Shown: piece by piece, positions 18,492 to 27,144 of the stretch
Layout of the letters: every line of letters starts with the position of its first letter
Position numbering within the stretch: position 1 is the stretch's first letter
Assembly: GCA_017938795.1 (NCBI GenBank)
Contig: JAGBAV010000037.1
Location: forward strand, 4,305-68,304
Direction of reading: 5' to 3'
Source of the DNA: Clostridia bacterium
Lineage (GTDB): Bacteria; Bacillota; Clostridia; Christensenellales; Aristaeellaceae
Length of the DNA stretch: 64,000 nucleotides
Translations under genes and position numbers: made by a program
Notes under the pieces: model-generated
What the model saw: the letters and a program-made list of their open reading frames with translations, nothing else
The model's database searches: none
What the model was told of the DNA's origin: nothing

Positions 18492-21400
18492 TTAATTGCT
18501 GCTGTGTTCGTTCAATGCAAGTATTTCATGGATCGTTTCTTCCAGCAGATCTTTGACGTCGCTCCGTCCCCTACCCTGCGTCTGTCCGATATCTTGTGCG
18601 ATGTGGTATCTCGCCAGCGCGTTTTCATATCTGCCGCACGCTGCCTGTGCCCTGCCTGCACCGAGGTAGGAACGCATCCTTGCGCAGACGTCCTGCCTGC
18701 GCCCTTCGGCCTCGCATACCTCTCTGACATTGACGGCACGCTCCCACCAGCTGCAGCTTGCTTCCTTCTCGTCTTTCGAGCTGCAGATGTACGCCATCTG
18801 CTCGCAGGCTGTTGCAATGGCAACAGGATGGTTGAGTATCTTGCGTGTGGCGTAGTCTTCAAGCATTTTGATACTCTTTTGGCATACAGCTGAAGCCTCG
18901 TCCATACGGTTAAGTTTCACCAGCACAGACGACAGATCGGCATACTCTGCGGCGTGAAAACGCGCCAGCATGAACGGCGTATCTTCAAGCTGCTCCAGGA
19001 GGTCAATGGTTGCTTTCCGAAGTTCAATAGCTTTTTCAAACTGTCCTTGCATTTCGGCAATTCTTGCCATCCGGTCATAGCAGTCTGCAGCGTGCTGTGC
19101 AGACTGTACATCCTTGTCATGATAGCGCTGGATGTAGTAGTCGCAGCAGGCGGAGAGGATATCCCGGGCTTCATCCAGCCTTTTAAGTTGGACCAAGGCG
19201 CGCGCACGGCTTCTGTTGAGCCCCATGATTCTGCCTGCGTCTGCACAGGATGCGAGCAGATTCAGCGACTTGTCAAGCATCGTAAGCGCCCGATCATTCT
19301 GCCCGTATTCAAAGGCCAGGAAAGCCATGTTTTCGTAGAGCGCGGCTTTTTCGCTGGGCGTCATTCTGCTGCCAGCCATCTCATCCAGAAGAAGCATCTG
19401 TTCATGGCTGCTGCCGATCCTGTTGTATGTCAGCGCGTGATCAGCACCCCTGAAGCACCATGTCAGATAGGTGTTCATAGCGGTCCATTTTCCGTCGAGC
19501 AGCTGCGAGGTATCTGCTTCCATGCCGCCGCATCGGAGCATATCTGCCATGCATTCGGTGATCAGCAGCGGCTCTTCGCTGATCCCTTTCTTCTTTTTTT
19601 CCGCCTCTTCGCAGATCGTATCAAGGGCCTCTTCGATCACCCTGCGAATAGCCTGATCGCCGTTGGGAAGCTGCCGGAACACTGCCGCAGCCAGATCGTC
19701 GTTGACGATACGCAGACGTGTTTCGCCTGTCCGCATGTATCCATCTGCCTCATAGCCGCGCTCTGCCTTAAGCAAAGGTGCAAGGTCGTTGATCATTCCC
19801 AGCATCTGGAAGGTTACCTGCCCGCTGCCGCAAAGCCGCGCCAGCTCTTTCAGCGTAAAACCTCCTGCTGCGCCTTTGGCGCTGATTACGGCCAGCATAT
19901 CCATCATCTGGACGCCATTTCTCTCGTTGTAGCTTTGCACCAACTGGCTGATATATGCTTTTACGATGGATTCACCGGAGGGAAGCTGATCGCTGCGCAG
20001 TCCTTCGTTCAGCAGCGCGGCATACATGCTCAGATACAGGACGCGGTATCCGCTCATCCGGGCGAGCGTTTCAGCCGAACAAGGCAGCTTGACTTTGCAG
20101 TTTTTCGTCAGGAATTCCCGGAGGAACTGCATATTCTCTTCGCCGTCCAGGCGGATGGACAGCTTTGCATTGATTTTGAGACTGATAAGTTTCTGCGTGA
20201 ATGCGGGAGGGAGATCTTCCTGATCCGGGTCGCGGGAGACAAGAAGGATATGCACGCCATCGCTGAGCTGGCTTTCGTCGGGGAGCATTTTCCACAGGCT
20301 GTCATTGACAATCTCGTCAAGGCCGTCAATGATCATCAGCAGTTTGCTTCGCCCTCTGCGGAGTTCAGTGAACCGGCGGGTATCCCCCAGGAAAGCAGCG
20401 AAGGCCTGTGCGGGCGTATGCCCTTTGGCAATATATTCGTCAATCCGCGTGTAGTCGGCTCTGGGCTCACCATCCCCCTGATGACACATCTGCCACATCA
20501 GCTCCGTGGCCCGGACAAAATCCCGGTCGCTGCGCAGCTGCGTTCTGCTGATGTGGTATGTACGTACATCGATGTCAGGAGTGAGTTCAATGGGTCTTGC
20601 ATAGCGGCGATTCAGCATTTCTGTGAATGTGCTTTTTCCTGTTCCGCGGGGCATTCTGATAGCGTAGATACCCCTTGGGTGTGAGTCGATCTGTGCGCGT
20701 ACCCAGTTTATAAGATGCGTGGGCGTAACGAGGCTGTCGTCGTCATGGATCCGGTTCAACAGCAGCTCTTCATTCAGTGTCATATCATCGGCGTCAACAG
20801 CAAGATCGGTGGCCATCCTGTTGCTTTGCCGGATTCTATGGAGCTCTGCAAAGAAGGGGTTTCTTTCGTCCCTGATCCGCCCATCGGTATAGCACAGACG
20901 ACGCGTCTTGCGGGAGGAACGCAGACTATCATAGAAGAATTGACCATTCTTTATGGGAACTATATATGGGTCAAGAACGAATGTATAGCCGTCGCTGCCG
21001 CCGGTGCAAGTGATTGCTTTATCACTGATACGGCGTGCAGCAGAATGCCCCATAAGGATATGGCTGTCCTGTTTAATGATATGCTGCTGCATATCCGGTG
21101 CGATTTGAGCAAACAGCGATGCGATTTGCATAAGCTTTTCCTGCAGATTGCTTCTGAAAGCAGGATCATCTGAGAATCCCAAAGCACCGTGTCCGATCAT
21201 CTGATTTCGCCATGCAACAATTCCCATGTCGTGATAGGCTGTGATAATCTTGCCAAGTGTATTAACCAGATAGGCAGGCTTGCTGTTGTTGTGCTGAATG
21301 TAATATCGATGGATCAATTGAGCGAATCTTTCCCAACTGCTTAGTGATGGATTGGCGTCGGTTATGCTGCAGGCGACCTGATCCGTAAAGGCGGGCAAAG

Positions 21401-21743
21401 ATGCGTGATGCGCATAGGCGCAGCAGACAAGGGATTCGAACTTGATGACAGTCTCCAGGGTATCCTTGATTTCCAGCAGGACGCAATACGGCTTGCGCCT
21501 GCTGCATGCATCGTAAAGCCGTTTGTACTCATGTGCAATGACGGCGGGAAAGCTATCGAATGCTTCCCAATACCACAATGATTGGTCGTCGCACAGTCTT
21601 TGCCAGAAAGCCTCTCCGTCCTCTGCTTCCTGCGTATAGGGTGTGCCGCAGAAAGGACACATTGTTATGCTGTCAACGAAGCGGTTGATTCTGGCAAACT
21701 GCGGGCATTGTATGTTCTGGCAGATTCTTTCAATAAGAGCCAT
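18492..21743 (-). CDS. STAND-type P-loop NTPase with N-terminal Zn-ribbon + unassigned (possibly HEPN-like) domain and C-terminal TPR-like repeats
   Basis: Start chosen at MALIERIC (AGGAGGTG RBS), not the track start at 21968. Zn ribbon CQNIQC...CPFCG. Walker A MPRGTGKSTF and Walker B KLLMIIDGLDE. The C-terminal roughly 350 aa form a helical-repeat (TPR-like) region. GC is far below the flanks. Confidence 0.85.
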   Translation of the reverse strand: MALIERICQNIQCPQFARINRFVDSITMCPFCGTPYTQEAEDGEAFWQRLCDDQSLWYWEAFDSFPAVIAHEYKRLYDACSRRKPYCVLLEIKDTLETVIKFESLVCCAYAHHASLPAFTDQVACSITDANPSLSSWERFAQLIHRYYIQHNNSKPAYLVNTLGKIITAYHDMGIVAWRNQMIGHGALGFSDDPAFRSNLQEKLMQIASLFAQIAPDMQQHIIKQDSHILMGHSAARRISDKAITCTGGSDGYTFVLDPYIVPIKNGQFFYDSLRSSRKTRRLCYTDGRIRDERNPFFAELHRIRQSNRMATDLAVDADDMTLNEELLLNRIHDDDSLVTPTHLINWVRAQIDSHPRGIYAIRMPRGTGKSTFTEMLNRRYARPIELTPDIDVRTYHISRTQLRSDRDFVRATELMWQMCHQGDGEPRADYTRIDEYIAKGHTPAQAFAAFLGDTRRFTELRRGRSKLLMIIDGLDEIVNDSLWKMLPDESQLSDGVHILLVSRDPDQEDLPPAFTQKLISLKINAKLSIRLDGEENMQFLREFLTKNCKVKLPCSAETLARMSGYRVLYLSMYAALLNEGLRSDQLPSGESIVKAYISQLVQSYNERNGVQMMDMLAVISAKGAAGGFTLKELARLCGSGQVTFQMLGMINDLAPLLKAERGYEADGYMRTGETRLRIVNDDLAAAVFRQLPNGDQAIRRVIEEALDTICEEAEKKKKGISEEPLLITECMADMLRCGGMEADTSQLLDGKWTAMNTYLTWCFRGADHALTYNRIGSSHEQMLLLDEMAGSRMTPSEKAALYENMAFLAFEYGQNDRALTMLDKSLNLLASCADAGRIMGLNRSRARALVQLKRLDEARDILSACCDYYIQRYHDKDVQSAQHAADCYDRMARIAEMQGQFEKAIELRKATIDLLEQLEDTPFMLARFHAAEYADLSSVLVKLNRMDEASAVCQKSIKMLEDYATRKILNHPVAIATACEQMAYICSSKDEKEASCSWWERAVNVREVCEAEGRRQDVCARMRSYLGAGRAQAACGRYENALARYHIAQDIGQTQGRGRSDVKDLLEETIHEILALNEHSSN

Positions 21744-21969
21744 ATCTGACACCTCCTGTAATAAATGGTTCGTTGTGTTTCTGGTGTTTCCTTCCGGATC
21801 GTTGATATCGAGCGAGGAGGTGAATGATTTGTTGAGATGATTATGCTGGTGAATGGCGGGGATGATTGAAAGGAGTATCCCTATTCTGATACAGATGATT
21901 TCGCTGTCTGATTTCTGGATCGATGAGCGTTCAGGCGCGTGCGTGAACACGGCTTGCTTTGCCCGCATA

Positions 21970-21998
21970 TTGACAGAATCTCAAAACCCGGCTACAAT
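21970..21998 (+). promoter_or_regulatory. sigma70-like promoter of the ABC-importer operon
   Basis: TTGACA (21970-75), 17-nt spacer, TACAAT (21993-98). Confidence 0.6.
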
Positions 21999-22004
21999 AA
22001 TTCT

Positions 22005-22252
22005 GTATACAACTGAAGAGTATTTCCGATGTCCGGCGGCCTAAGGCGCAGGCTATGGCTGCCCGACCGGGACGCTTTGTCCCCATACCGCATGTGCCGG
22101 AAACGACGCGGTACTCCGCATTTGAGAAAGGAAATCGACCGGCATGACGCATGCGCGCCGTGCTTTTGATGCGACGATCTGCCTTTTTCGTGCAGATCGT
22201 TTTGCTTTTATATCCATTCGGGCGTAACGCCCGAAGTCAGGAGGGATCCTCG
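22005..22252 (+). promoter_or_regulatory. about 250-nt structured leader, riboswitch-like transcription attenuator (class unassigned)
   Basis: Long 5' UTR between the promoter and ATG 22253. Nested helices tgccgg(22095)/ccggca(22139) enclose the hairpin gcgg-tact-ccgc. An intrinsic terminator sits at 22172-22210, and a second hairpin ttcgggcg-taa-cgcccgaa lies next to the RBS. Confidence 0.5.
22172..22210 (+). terminator. leader (attenuator) terminator upstream of the permease gene
   Basis: acgatctgc (22174-82) / 9-nt loop / gcagatcgt (22192-200), then tttgctttta. Confidence 0.7.
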
Positions 22253-23287
22253 ATGAACTGCAGTATTCCGGCGGACAGATCCGCGCGGCGCGGTGCGCTC
22301 TGCCTTCCTGCGATGGTCGGCGTGCTTGCCGCGCTGTTCCTTGCGTCGTTCACGCTGGGGCGTTATGATGTGCCTGTGGGGCAGGTCGTGCGCATCCTGC
22401 TGGCGGAGGTCTTCCCGATGGAGCAGACATGGGCGGACAGCATGCGCGCCGCCGTCGTGAATATCCGCCTGCCGCGCATCCTGCTGGCCTGCATGGTGGG
22501 CGGCAGCCTGTCGCTTGCGGGCGCGGCATATCAGAGCGTCTTTCAGAACCCGATGGCTGCGCCGGATATCCTCGGCGCCTCCTCCGGCGCGTGCTTCGGC
22601 GCAGCGCTGGCGATCCTGCTCGGCCTGCCGCGCGGCGGCGTGACGGGCATGGCGTTTGTCTTCAGTCTCGCGACGATCGCGCTGGTCTATCTCATCAGCA
22701 TCAGGACGCGGGGCAGCCGCGTGGTCGGCATACTGCTGGCGGGCGTGATGGTGTCCTCGCTGTTCTCCGCCGGAACATCGTATATCAAGCTGGTCGCCGA
22801 CCCGGGCAACGAGCTGCCGGCGATCACCTACTGGCTGATGGGCAGCCTCTCCGGCGCGCGCCTTGGCGATGCGGCGTTTGCCCTCGTGCCGATGGCGATC
22901 GGCGCCGTTCCGCTGCTGCTGCTGCGCTGGCGGATCAATCTGCTGACCCTCGGCGAGGAGGAGGCCTCCTCCCTCGGCGTGCATACCGGTGCGCTGCGGC
23001 TGATCGCGGTCGTGAGCGCAACCTTCCTGACGGCGGCGAGCGTCGCGGCGAGCGGCATGATCGGCTGGGTGGGTCTCGTCATTCCGCATCTCTCCCGCAA
23101 GATGGCGGGCAACGACTGCCGTTGGCTCTTCCCTGTGTCGATGGTGACGGGCGCGGCCTTCCTGCTGCTGGTGGATAACGTCTCCCGCAGCCTCGCTGCA
23201 ACGGAGATCCCCATCGGCATCCTGACGGCGTTCATCGGCGCGCCGTTCTTCATCCTCCTCATGACCAGAAAGGAGAGCATGCTGTGA
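22253..23287 (+). CDS. FecCD/BtuC-family ABC importer permease
   Basis: Start at MNCSIPADRS after AGGAGGG. About 10 TM helices. C-terminal ...IGILTAFIGAPFFILLM is typical of the FecCD family. Confidence 0.85.
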   Translation: MNCSIPADRSARRGALCLPAMVGVLAALFLASFTLGRYDVPVGQVVRILLAEVFPMEQTWADSMRAAVVNIRLPRILLACMVGGSLSLAGAAYQSVFQNPMAAPDILGASSGACFGAALAILLGLPRGGVTGMAFVFSLATIALVYLISIRTRGSRVVGILLAGVMVSSLFSAGTSYIKLVADPGNELPAITYWLMGSLSGARLGDAAFALVPMAIGAVPLLLLRWRINLLTLGEEEASSLGVHTGALRLIAVVSATFLTAASVAASGMIGWVGLVIPHLSRKMAGNDCRWLFPVSMVTGAAFLLLVDNVSRSLAATEIPIGILTAFIGAPFFILLMTRKESML

Positions 23288-24063
23288 GCCTGAGCGTATC
23301 CCATCTCTCCTTTTCCTATGGTAGCAGGCAGGTGCTCAGCGACGTCTCGTTCGACCTGCAGGAGGGGGAGTTCCTCTCCGTCCTCGGGCCCAACGGCGTG
23401 GGCAAGAGCACGCTCTTCCGCTGCATCCTCGGCCTGCTTGACGGCTATAAGGGCAGCATCACCTCCGGCGGGGATGACGTCCGCACGCTGCCGCGCAGAG
23501 AGCTCGCCCGCAGGATCGCCTATATCCCGCAGATCCATGCGCCAGCCTTTGGCTACACGGCGCTGGCGATGGTGCTCATGGGCACGGCGAGACAGATCTC
23601 CGCCTTCTCCCGCCCGGGGCGCGAGCAGATCGCGGCGGCGATGGCTGCGCTTGAGCGGGTCGGCGCGGCGCATCTGGCGGAGAGGGACTTTACCCGCCTC
23701 TCCGGCGGCGAGCAGCAGCTGGTGCTCATCGCCCGGGCGCTTGCCCAGCAGGCCGGCGTGCTTGTGATGGACGAGCCGACCTCCGCGCTCGATTACGGCA
23801 ATCAGCTGCGCGTGCTGCAGCTGGTGCGCGAGCTGGCGGGGGAGGGCTATGCCGTGCTGCTCTCCACGCATCATCCGCAGCATGCGCTGTCGTTTGCCAC
23901 GCGGATCCTTGCGCTCTCCGGCGGCAGGGTGGCCGCAATGGGCGAGCCGGAGGCTGTGCTCACGGAGGAGCTGATGGCGCAGCTCTACGGGGTGCGTACA
24001 GAGTTCGCCGATACCGCAGGCGGCCGCGTGCTCGTGCCGGTGACGGCGGAGGCGCGCGGATGA
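23284..24063 (+). CDS. ABC transporter ATP-binding protein (FepC/BtuD-like)
   Basis: GPNGVGKSTL, LSGGEQQLV, LVMDEPTSALD. Start overlaps the permease stop. Confidence 0.9.
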   Translation: MSLSVSHLSFSYGSRQVLSDVSFDLQEGEFLSVLGPNGVGKSTLFRCILGLLDGYKGSITSGGDDVRTLPRRELARRIAYIPQIHAPAFGYTALAMVLMGTARQISAFSRPGREQIAAAMAALERVGAAHLAERDFTRLSGGEQQLVLIARALAQQAGVLVMDEPTSALDYGNQLRVLQLVRELAGEGYAVLLSTHHPQHALSFATRILALSGGRVAAMGEPEAVLTEELMAQLYGVRTEFADTAGGRVLVPVTAEARG

Positions 24064-24785
24064 AGGGCTTCTGGGATGCGGACGCCCTCCGCTTCATGAC
24101 GGATGCGGCGGAGCATACGCCCTATTACCGCGAGCTGGCGGCGATCATCGGCGGGCAGCTCGCGCCCGGCGGCCATGTCTGCGACGCGGGCTGCGGACCG
24201 GGGTATCTGGCGCTGGAGCTCGCGCGGTATGCGCGGCGCGTTACGGCGGTGGATATCAGCCCGGAGGCGGCGGACGTCCTGCGGCGCAGCTGCGGCCTGC
24301 GCGGCGCCCGGAATATCGACGTGCGCTGCGGGGATATCGCGTCGATCCCGCCGCAGGAGCCGTATGACGCGATGGTCTTCTGCTTCTTTGCCGGCGGGGA
24401 GGACGGCCTGCGCATCGCAAGGGCGCAGTGCCGGGGCGATGTATTCATCGTCACGCGCAATTACCCGGCGCACAGGTTCTCCGTCCGTCATCATGCGATG
24501 GAGCGGCGCGGCTATGCCGATAGCTGCCGCCTGCTGGACGGGTTGGGCGTGCCCTATGAGGGGAAAACATATGCGCTTGACTTCAGCCAGCCGCTGCGCA
24601 GCATGGAGGACGCGCGCCGCTTCTTTGCGCGCTACAGCGTGGACGATGCATCGGAGATCACCGATGCCTTCCTGCGCGGCAGGCTGAGCCCGTATGACAA
24701 GGATGGCTTTGCGTATATCGCGGAGCATGTGCGCGGGATCGGCGTGATCCGCTTGCGCGCAGAGGATATCCCGGAGGGAATCTGA
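24060..24785 (+). CDS. class I SAM-dependent methyltransferase
   Basis: Motif I VCDAGCGPGYLALELA. Start overlaps the ATPase stop (translational coupling). Confidence 0.75.
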   Translation: MKGFWDADALRFMTDAAEHTPYYRELAAIIGGQLAPGGHVCDAGCGPGYLALELARYARRVTAVDISPEAADVLRRSCGLRGARNIDVRCGDIASIPPQEPYDAMVFCFFAGGEDGLRIARAQCRGDVFIVTRNYPAHRFSVRHHAMERRGYADSCRLLDGLGVPYEGKTYALDFSQPLRSMEDARRFFARYSVDDASEITDAFLRGRLSPYDKDGFAYIAEHVRGIGVIRLRAEDIPEGI

Positions 24786-24799
24786 AAGGGGGAAGAGGT

Positions 24800-25570
24800 A
24801 TGGACGCAGACCGCGCCGCAGTATACCATCTTGAGGGCGGGCGGCTGATCGAAAGCGCGCCGGATGCGTACTTCTCCTTCCTTGGCGAATGCGGGCATGT
24901 GATTTCGCTGGTCGGCGGCGGGGGGAAGACGACGATCATGCATGATCTGGCGCGTCGGTATGCGGCGCGGGGAAAGAAGACCGCCGTAACGACCACGACG
25001 AAGATCGGACAGCCTGCGTCCTTCTGCCGGAATATGGAGGACTGCCGCGCATGCTGGCGCGAGGGGCGGTTTGCCGTGTGCGGCGAGCCTCTGGGGAACG
25101 GCAAGCTGACCGCCCCGGCATACCTTGAGCAGATCCTTGATGAGGCGGACGCGGTGCTCATCGAGGCGGACGGCGCAAGGAAGCTGCCCTGCAAGGCGCC
25201 CGCCGTGCATGAGCCGGTGATCATCCCGCGGACGGATATCGTGATCGCGGTGATGGGGCTGGACGCGCTGGGGCAGGCCATAGACGACTGCTGCCTGCGC
25301 AGCGATCATGTGCAGCGCATCCTTGGCTGCGGGGGCGGTCATGCCCTGACCTGCGAGGATATGGCGGCGCTGCTGCTCAGCGAGCAGGGATCGCGCAAGG
25401 ATGTGGGCGGCAGGATGTACTATACGCTGCTCAACAAGTGCGACGATGCGCAGCGGATGGAGGCCGGTCGGCGGATTCTTACGCTGCTGCGGGAGGCCGG
25501 GCATACGCGCGCGGCGCTGACGGCCGGCATGCGCAGGAGCGAGGAATTCGAGTTTGCCGCCGGGCGATAA
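24800..25570 (+). CDS. yqeC: selenium-dependent hydroxylase accessory protein YqeC family
   Basis: VISLVGGGGKTTIMHDLA glycine-rich loop, about 256 aa, with selD/yqeB/yedF as neighbours. Confidence 0.75.
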   Translation: MDADRAAVYHLEGGRLIESAPDAYFSFLGECGHVISLVGGGGKTTIMHDLARRYAARGKKTAVTTTTKIGQPASFCRNMEDCRACWREGRFAVCGEPLGNGKLTAPAYLEQILDEADAVLIEADGARKLPCKAPAVHEPVIIPRTDIVIAVMGLDALGQAIDDCCLRSDHVQRILGCGGGHALTCEDMAALLLSEQGSRKDVGGRMYYTLLNKCDDAQRMEAGRRILTLLREAGHTRAALTAGMRRSEEFEFAAGR

Positions 25571-25669
25571 GGCGGAAGAATGGCCCTTCCGGCAGGACTG
25601 CCCGAAGGGTCTTTGCTATTTTGGCGGAGGTCAGCACGGCGGATAGCGGGCGTTCTTTTTGCCTGCGAG

Positions 25670-25698
25670 TTTACAGCCGTTTTTTGCGGTGCTATACT
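25670..25698 (+). promoter_or_regulatory. sigma70-like promoter of the DUF3343-selD operon
   Basis: TTTACA, 17-nt spacer, TATACT. Confidence 0.55.
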
Positions 25699-25745
25699 GG
25701 GGAAAGGGCATGCCGCAGCGCATGCGGAATGATCGGAGAGGCGAT

Positions 25746-25982
25746 ATGATCAGGAGGACGATGAGGCTGGTCATCACCTTCCGCACGACGGCGGAGGCGA
25801 TGGCGATGGAGCGCGTCTGCAGGGAACAGCAGGCGGACGGGCGGCTGATTCCCGTGCCGAGGAGCATCAGCGCGGGCTGCGGGCTGGCGTGGTGCGCCGC
25901 GCCGCAGAGCGAGGAGGCGCTTATGCAGCTCATGCGTGAGCACGGCGTCGCCTGCGAGGCGGTATACAGCTGTCTTGTGTGA
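25746..25982 (+). CDS. DUF3343 (putative Se/S carrier-like) protein
   Basis: 78 aa. LVITFRTTAEAMAMERVC...IPVPRSISAGCGLAW pattern. Start is uncertain (25746 or 25761). Confidence 0.65.
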   Translation: MIRRTMRLVITFRTTAEAMAMERVCREQQADGRLIPVPRSISAGCGLAWCAAPQSEEALMQLMREHGVACEAVYSCLV

Positions 25983-25994
25983 GGGGGATGAACG

Positions 25995-27131
25995 GTGATC
26001 TATCTGGACAACGCGGCGACGACCCTGCGCAAGCCGGAGGGCGTGGCTGCCGCCGTGGCGCAGGCGCTGACGTCGATGGGCAATTCCGGGCGCGGGGCGC
26101 ATGACGCCGCGCTGGATGCATCCCGCGTGATCTATGAGGCGCGGGAACGGCTTGATCGCCTGTTCCATGCGGGCGGCGCGCAGCGCATCGCCTTCACAGC
26201 GAACGCCACGCAGAGCCTCAACACCGCGATCAAGGGGACGCTGCGCAGCGGCGACCATGTGATCACGACCGCGCTGGAGCATAATTCCGTGCTGCGCCCG
26301 CTGTACGAAATGCAGGCGCGCGGCGTGGAGCTGACGGTCATCCCGGCGGACACAAAGGGGCGGATCCGGTACGAGGCGTTTGAGGAGGCTGTCCGCGGGA
26401 ACACGCGGGCGATTGTCTGCACGCACGGATCGAACCTCACGGGCAACGTAACGGACATCGCGCGGGTCGGCTCGATTGCGGGGGCGCACGGCCTGCTGCT
26501 GATCGCGGATGCGTCGCAGACGGCGGGCGTGTTTGATATTGACATGCAGCGCATGGGGATTGATATCCTCTGCTTCACGGGGCACAAGGGGCTGATGGGT
26601 CCGCAGGGCACGGGCGGCATCGCCGTGCGCGAGGGCGTTCATGTGCGGCCGCTGCTCACGGGCGGCAGCGGAATCATGACCTACAGCCGCGAGCACCCCG
26701 ACCGGATGCCGACTGCGCTGGAGGCCGGCACGCTCAACGGGCACGGTATCGCTGGGCTGAACGCCGCGCTGGCCTTCCTTGAAGAGACGGGGCTTGACGT
26801 GATCCGCCGCTATGAGCAGGCGCTGATGCACGCATTCCATGACGCGGTGACGGCGATCCCCGGGATCACGGTCTACGGGGATTTTGAGGAGGAGGAGCGC
26901 TGCGCGATTGTGTCGCTCAATGTGCGCGATTACGACTCCGCCGAGGTCAGCGACGCGCTGTACACGCAGTACGGGATCGCGACGCGGCCCGGGGCGCACT
27001 GCGCGCCGCTGATGCATCAGGCGCTGGGAACGGTGGAGCAGGGCGCGGTGCGCTTCAGCTTCTCATACTTCAACACGATGGACGAGGTGCATGCCGCCGC
27101 TGCCGCGCTGCGGGAGCTGGCGATGGAATAA
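25995..27131 (+). CDS. class V aminotransferase-fold cysteine desulfurase / selenocysteine lyase family
   Basis: GTG start. IYLDNAATT N-terminus. PLP lysine region FTGHKGLMGPQGTGG. Confidence 0.85.
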   Translation: MIYLDNAATTLRKPEGVAAAVAQALTSMGNSGRGAHDAALDASRVIYEARERLDRLFHAGGAQRIAFTANATQSLNTAIKGTLRSGDHVITTALEHNSVLRPLYEMQARGVELTVIPADTKGRIRYEAFEEAVRGNTRAIVCTHGSNLTGNVTDIARVGSIAGAHGLLLIADASQTAGVFDIDMQRMGIDILCFTGHKGLMGPQGTGGIAVREGVHVRPLLTGGSGIMTYSREHPDRMPTALEAGTLNGHGIAGLNAALAFLEETGLDVIRRYEQALMHAFHDAVTAIPGITVYGDFEEEERCAIVSLNVRDYDSAEVSDALYTQYGIATRPGAHCAPLMHQALGTVEQGAVRFSFSYFNTMDEVHAAAAALRELAME

Positions 27132-27144
27132 ACAGGAGGATACC

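Noticed and set aside
18954-20684. 576-aa plus-strand ORF inside the STAND NTPase gene
   Set aside because: It is antisense to the frame that carries Walker A/B and TPR repeats, and it has no motifs of its own.
21744-21968. 75-codon N-terminal extension of the STAND ORF (track start 21968)
   Set aside because: There is no RBS at 21968, and the extension is low-complexity. A strong AGGAGGTG RBS precedes the internal ATG at 21743, where the Zn-ribbon begins.
22151-22252. Upstream extension of the permease ORF (track start 22151)
   Set aside because: The extension would translate through the leader terminator hairpin. AGGAGGG plus ATG at 22253 is a much better start, and the mature-looking protein begins there.
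22005-22252. Cobalamin riboswitch call for the importer leader
   Set aside because: I could not find the B12 box (GCCACTG) or the GGTGAAAATCC-type core on either strand. It is kept only as an unclassified riboswitch-like leader.
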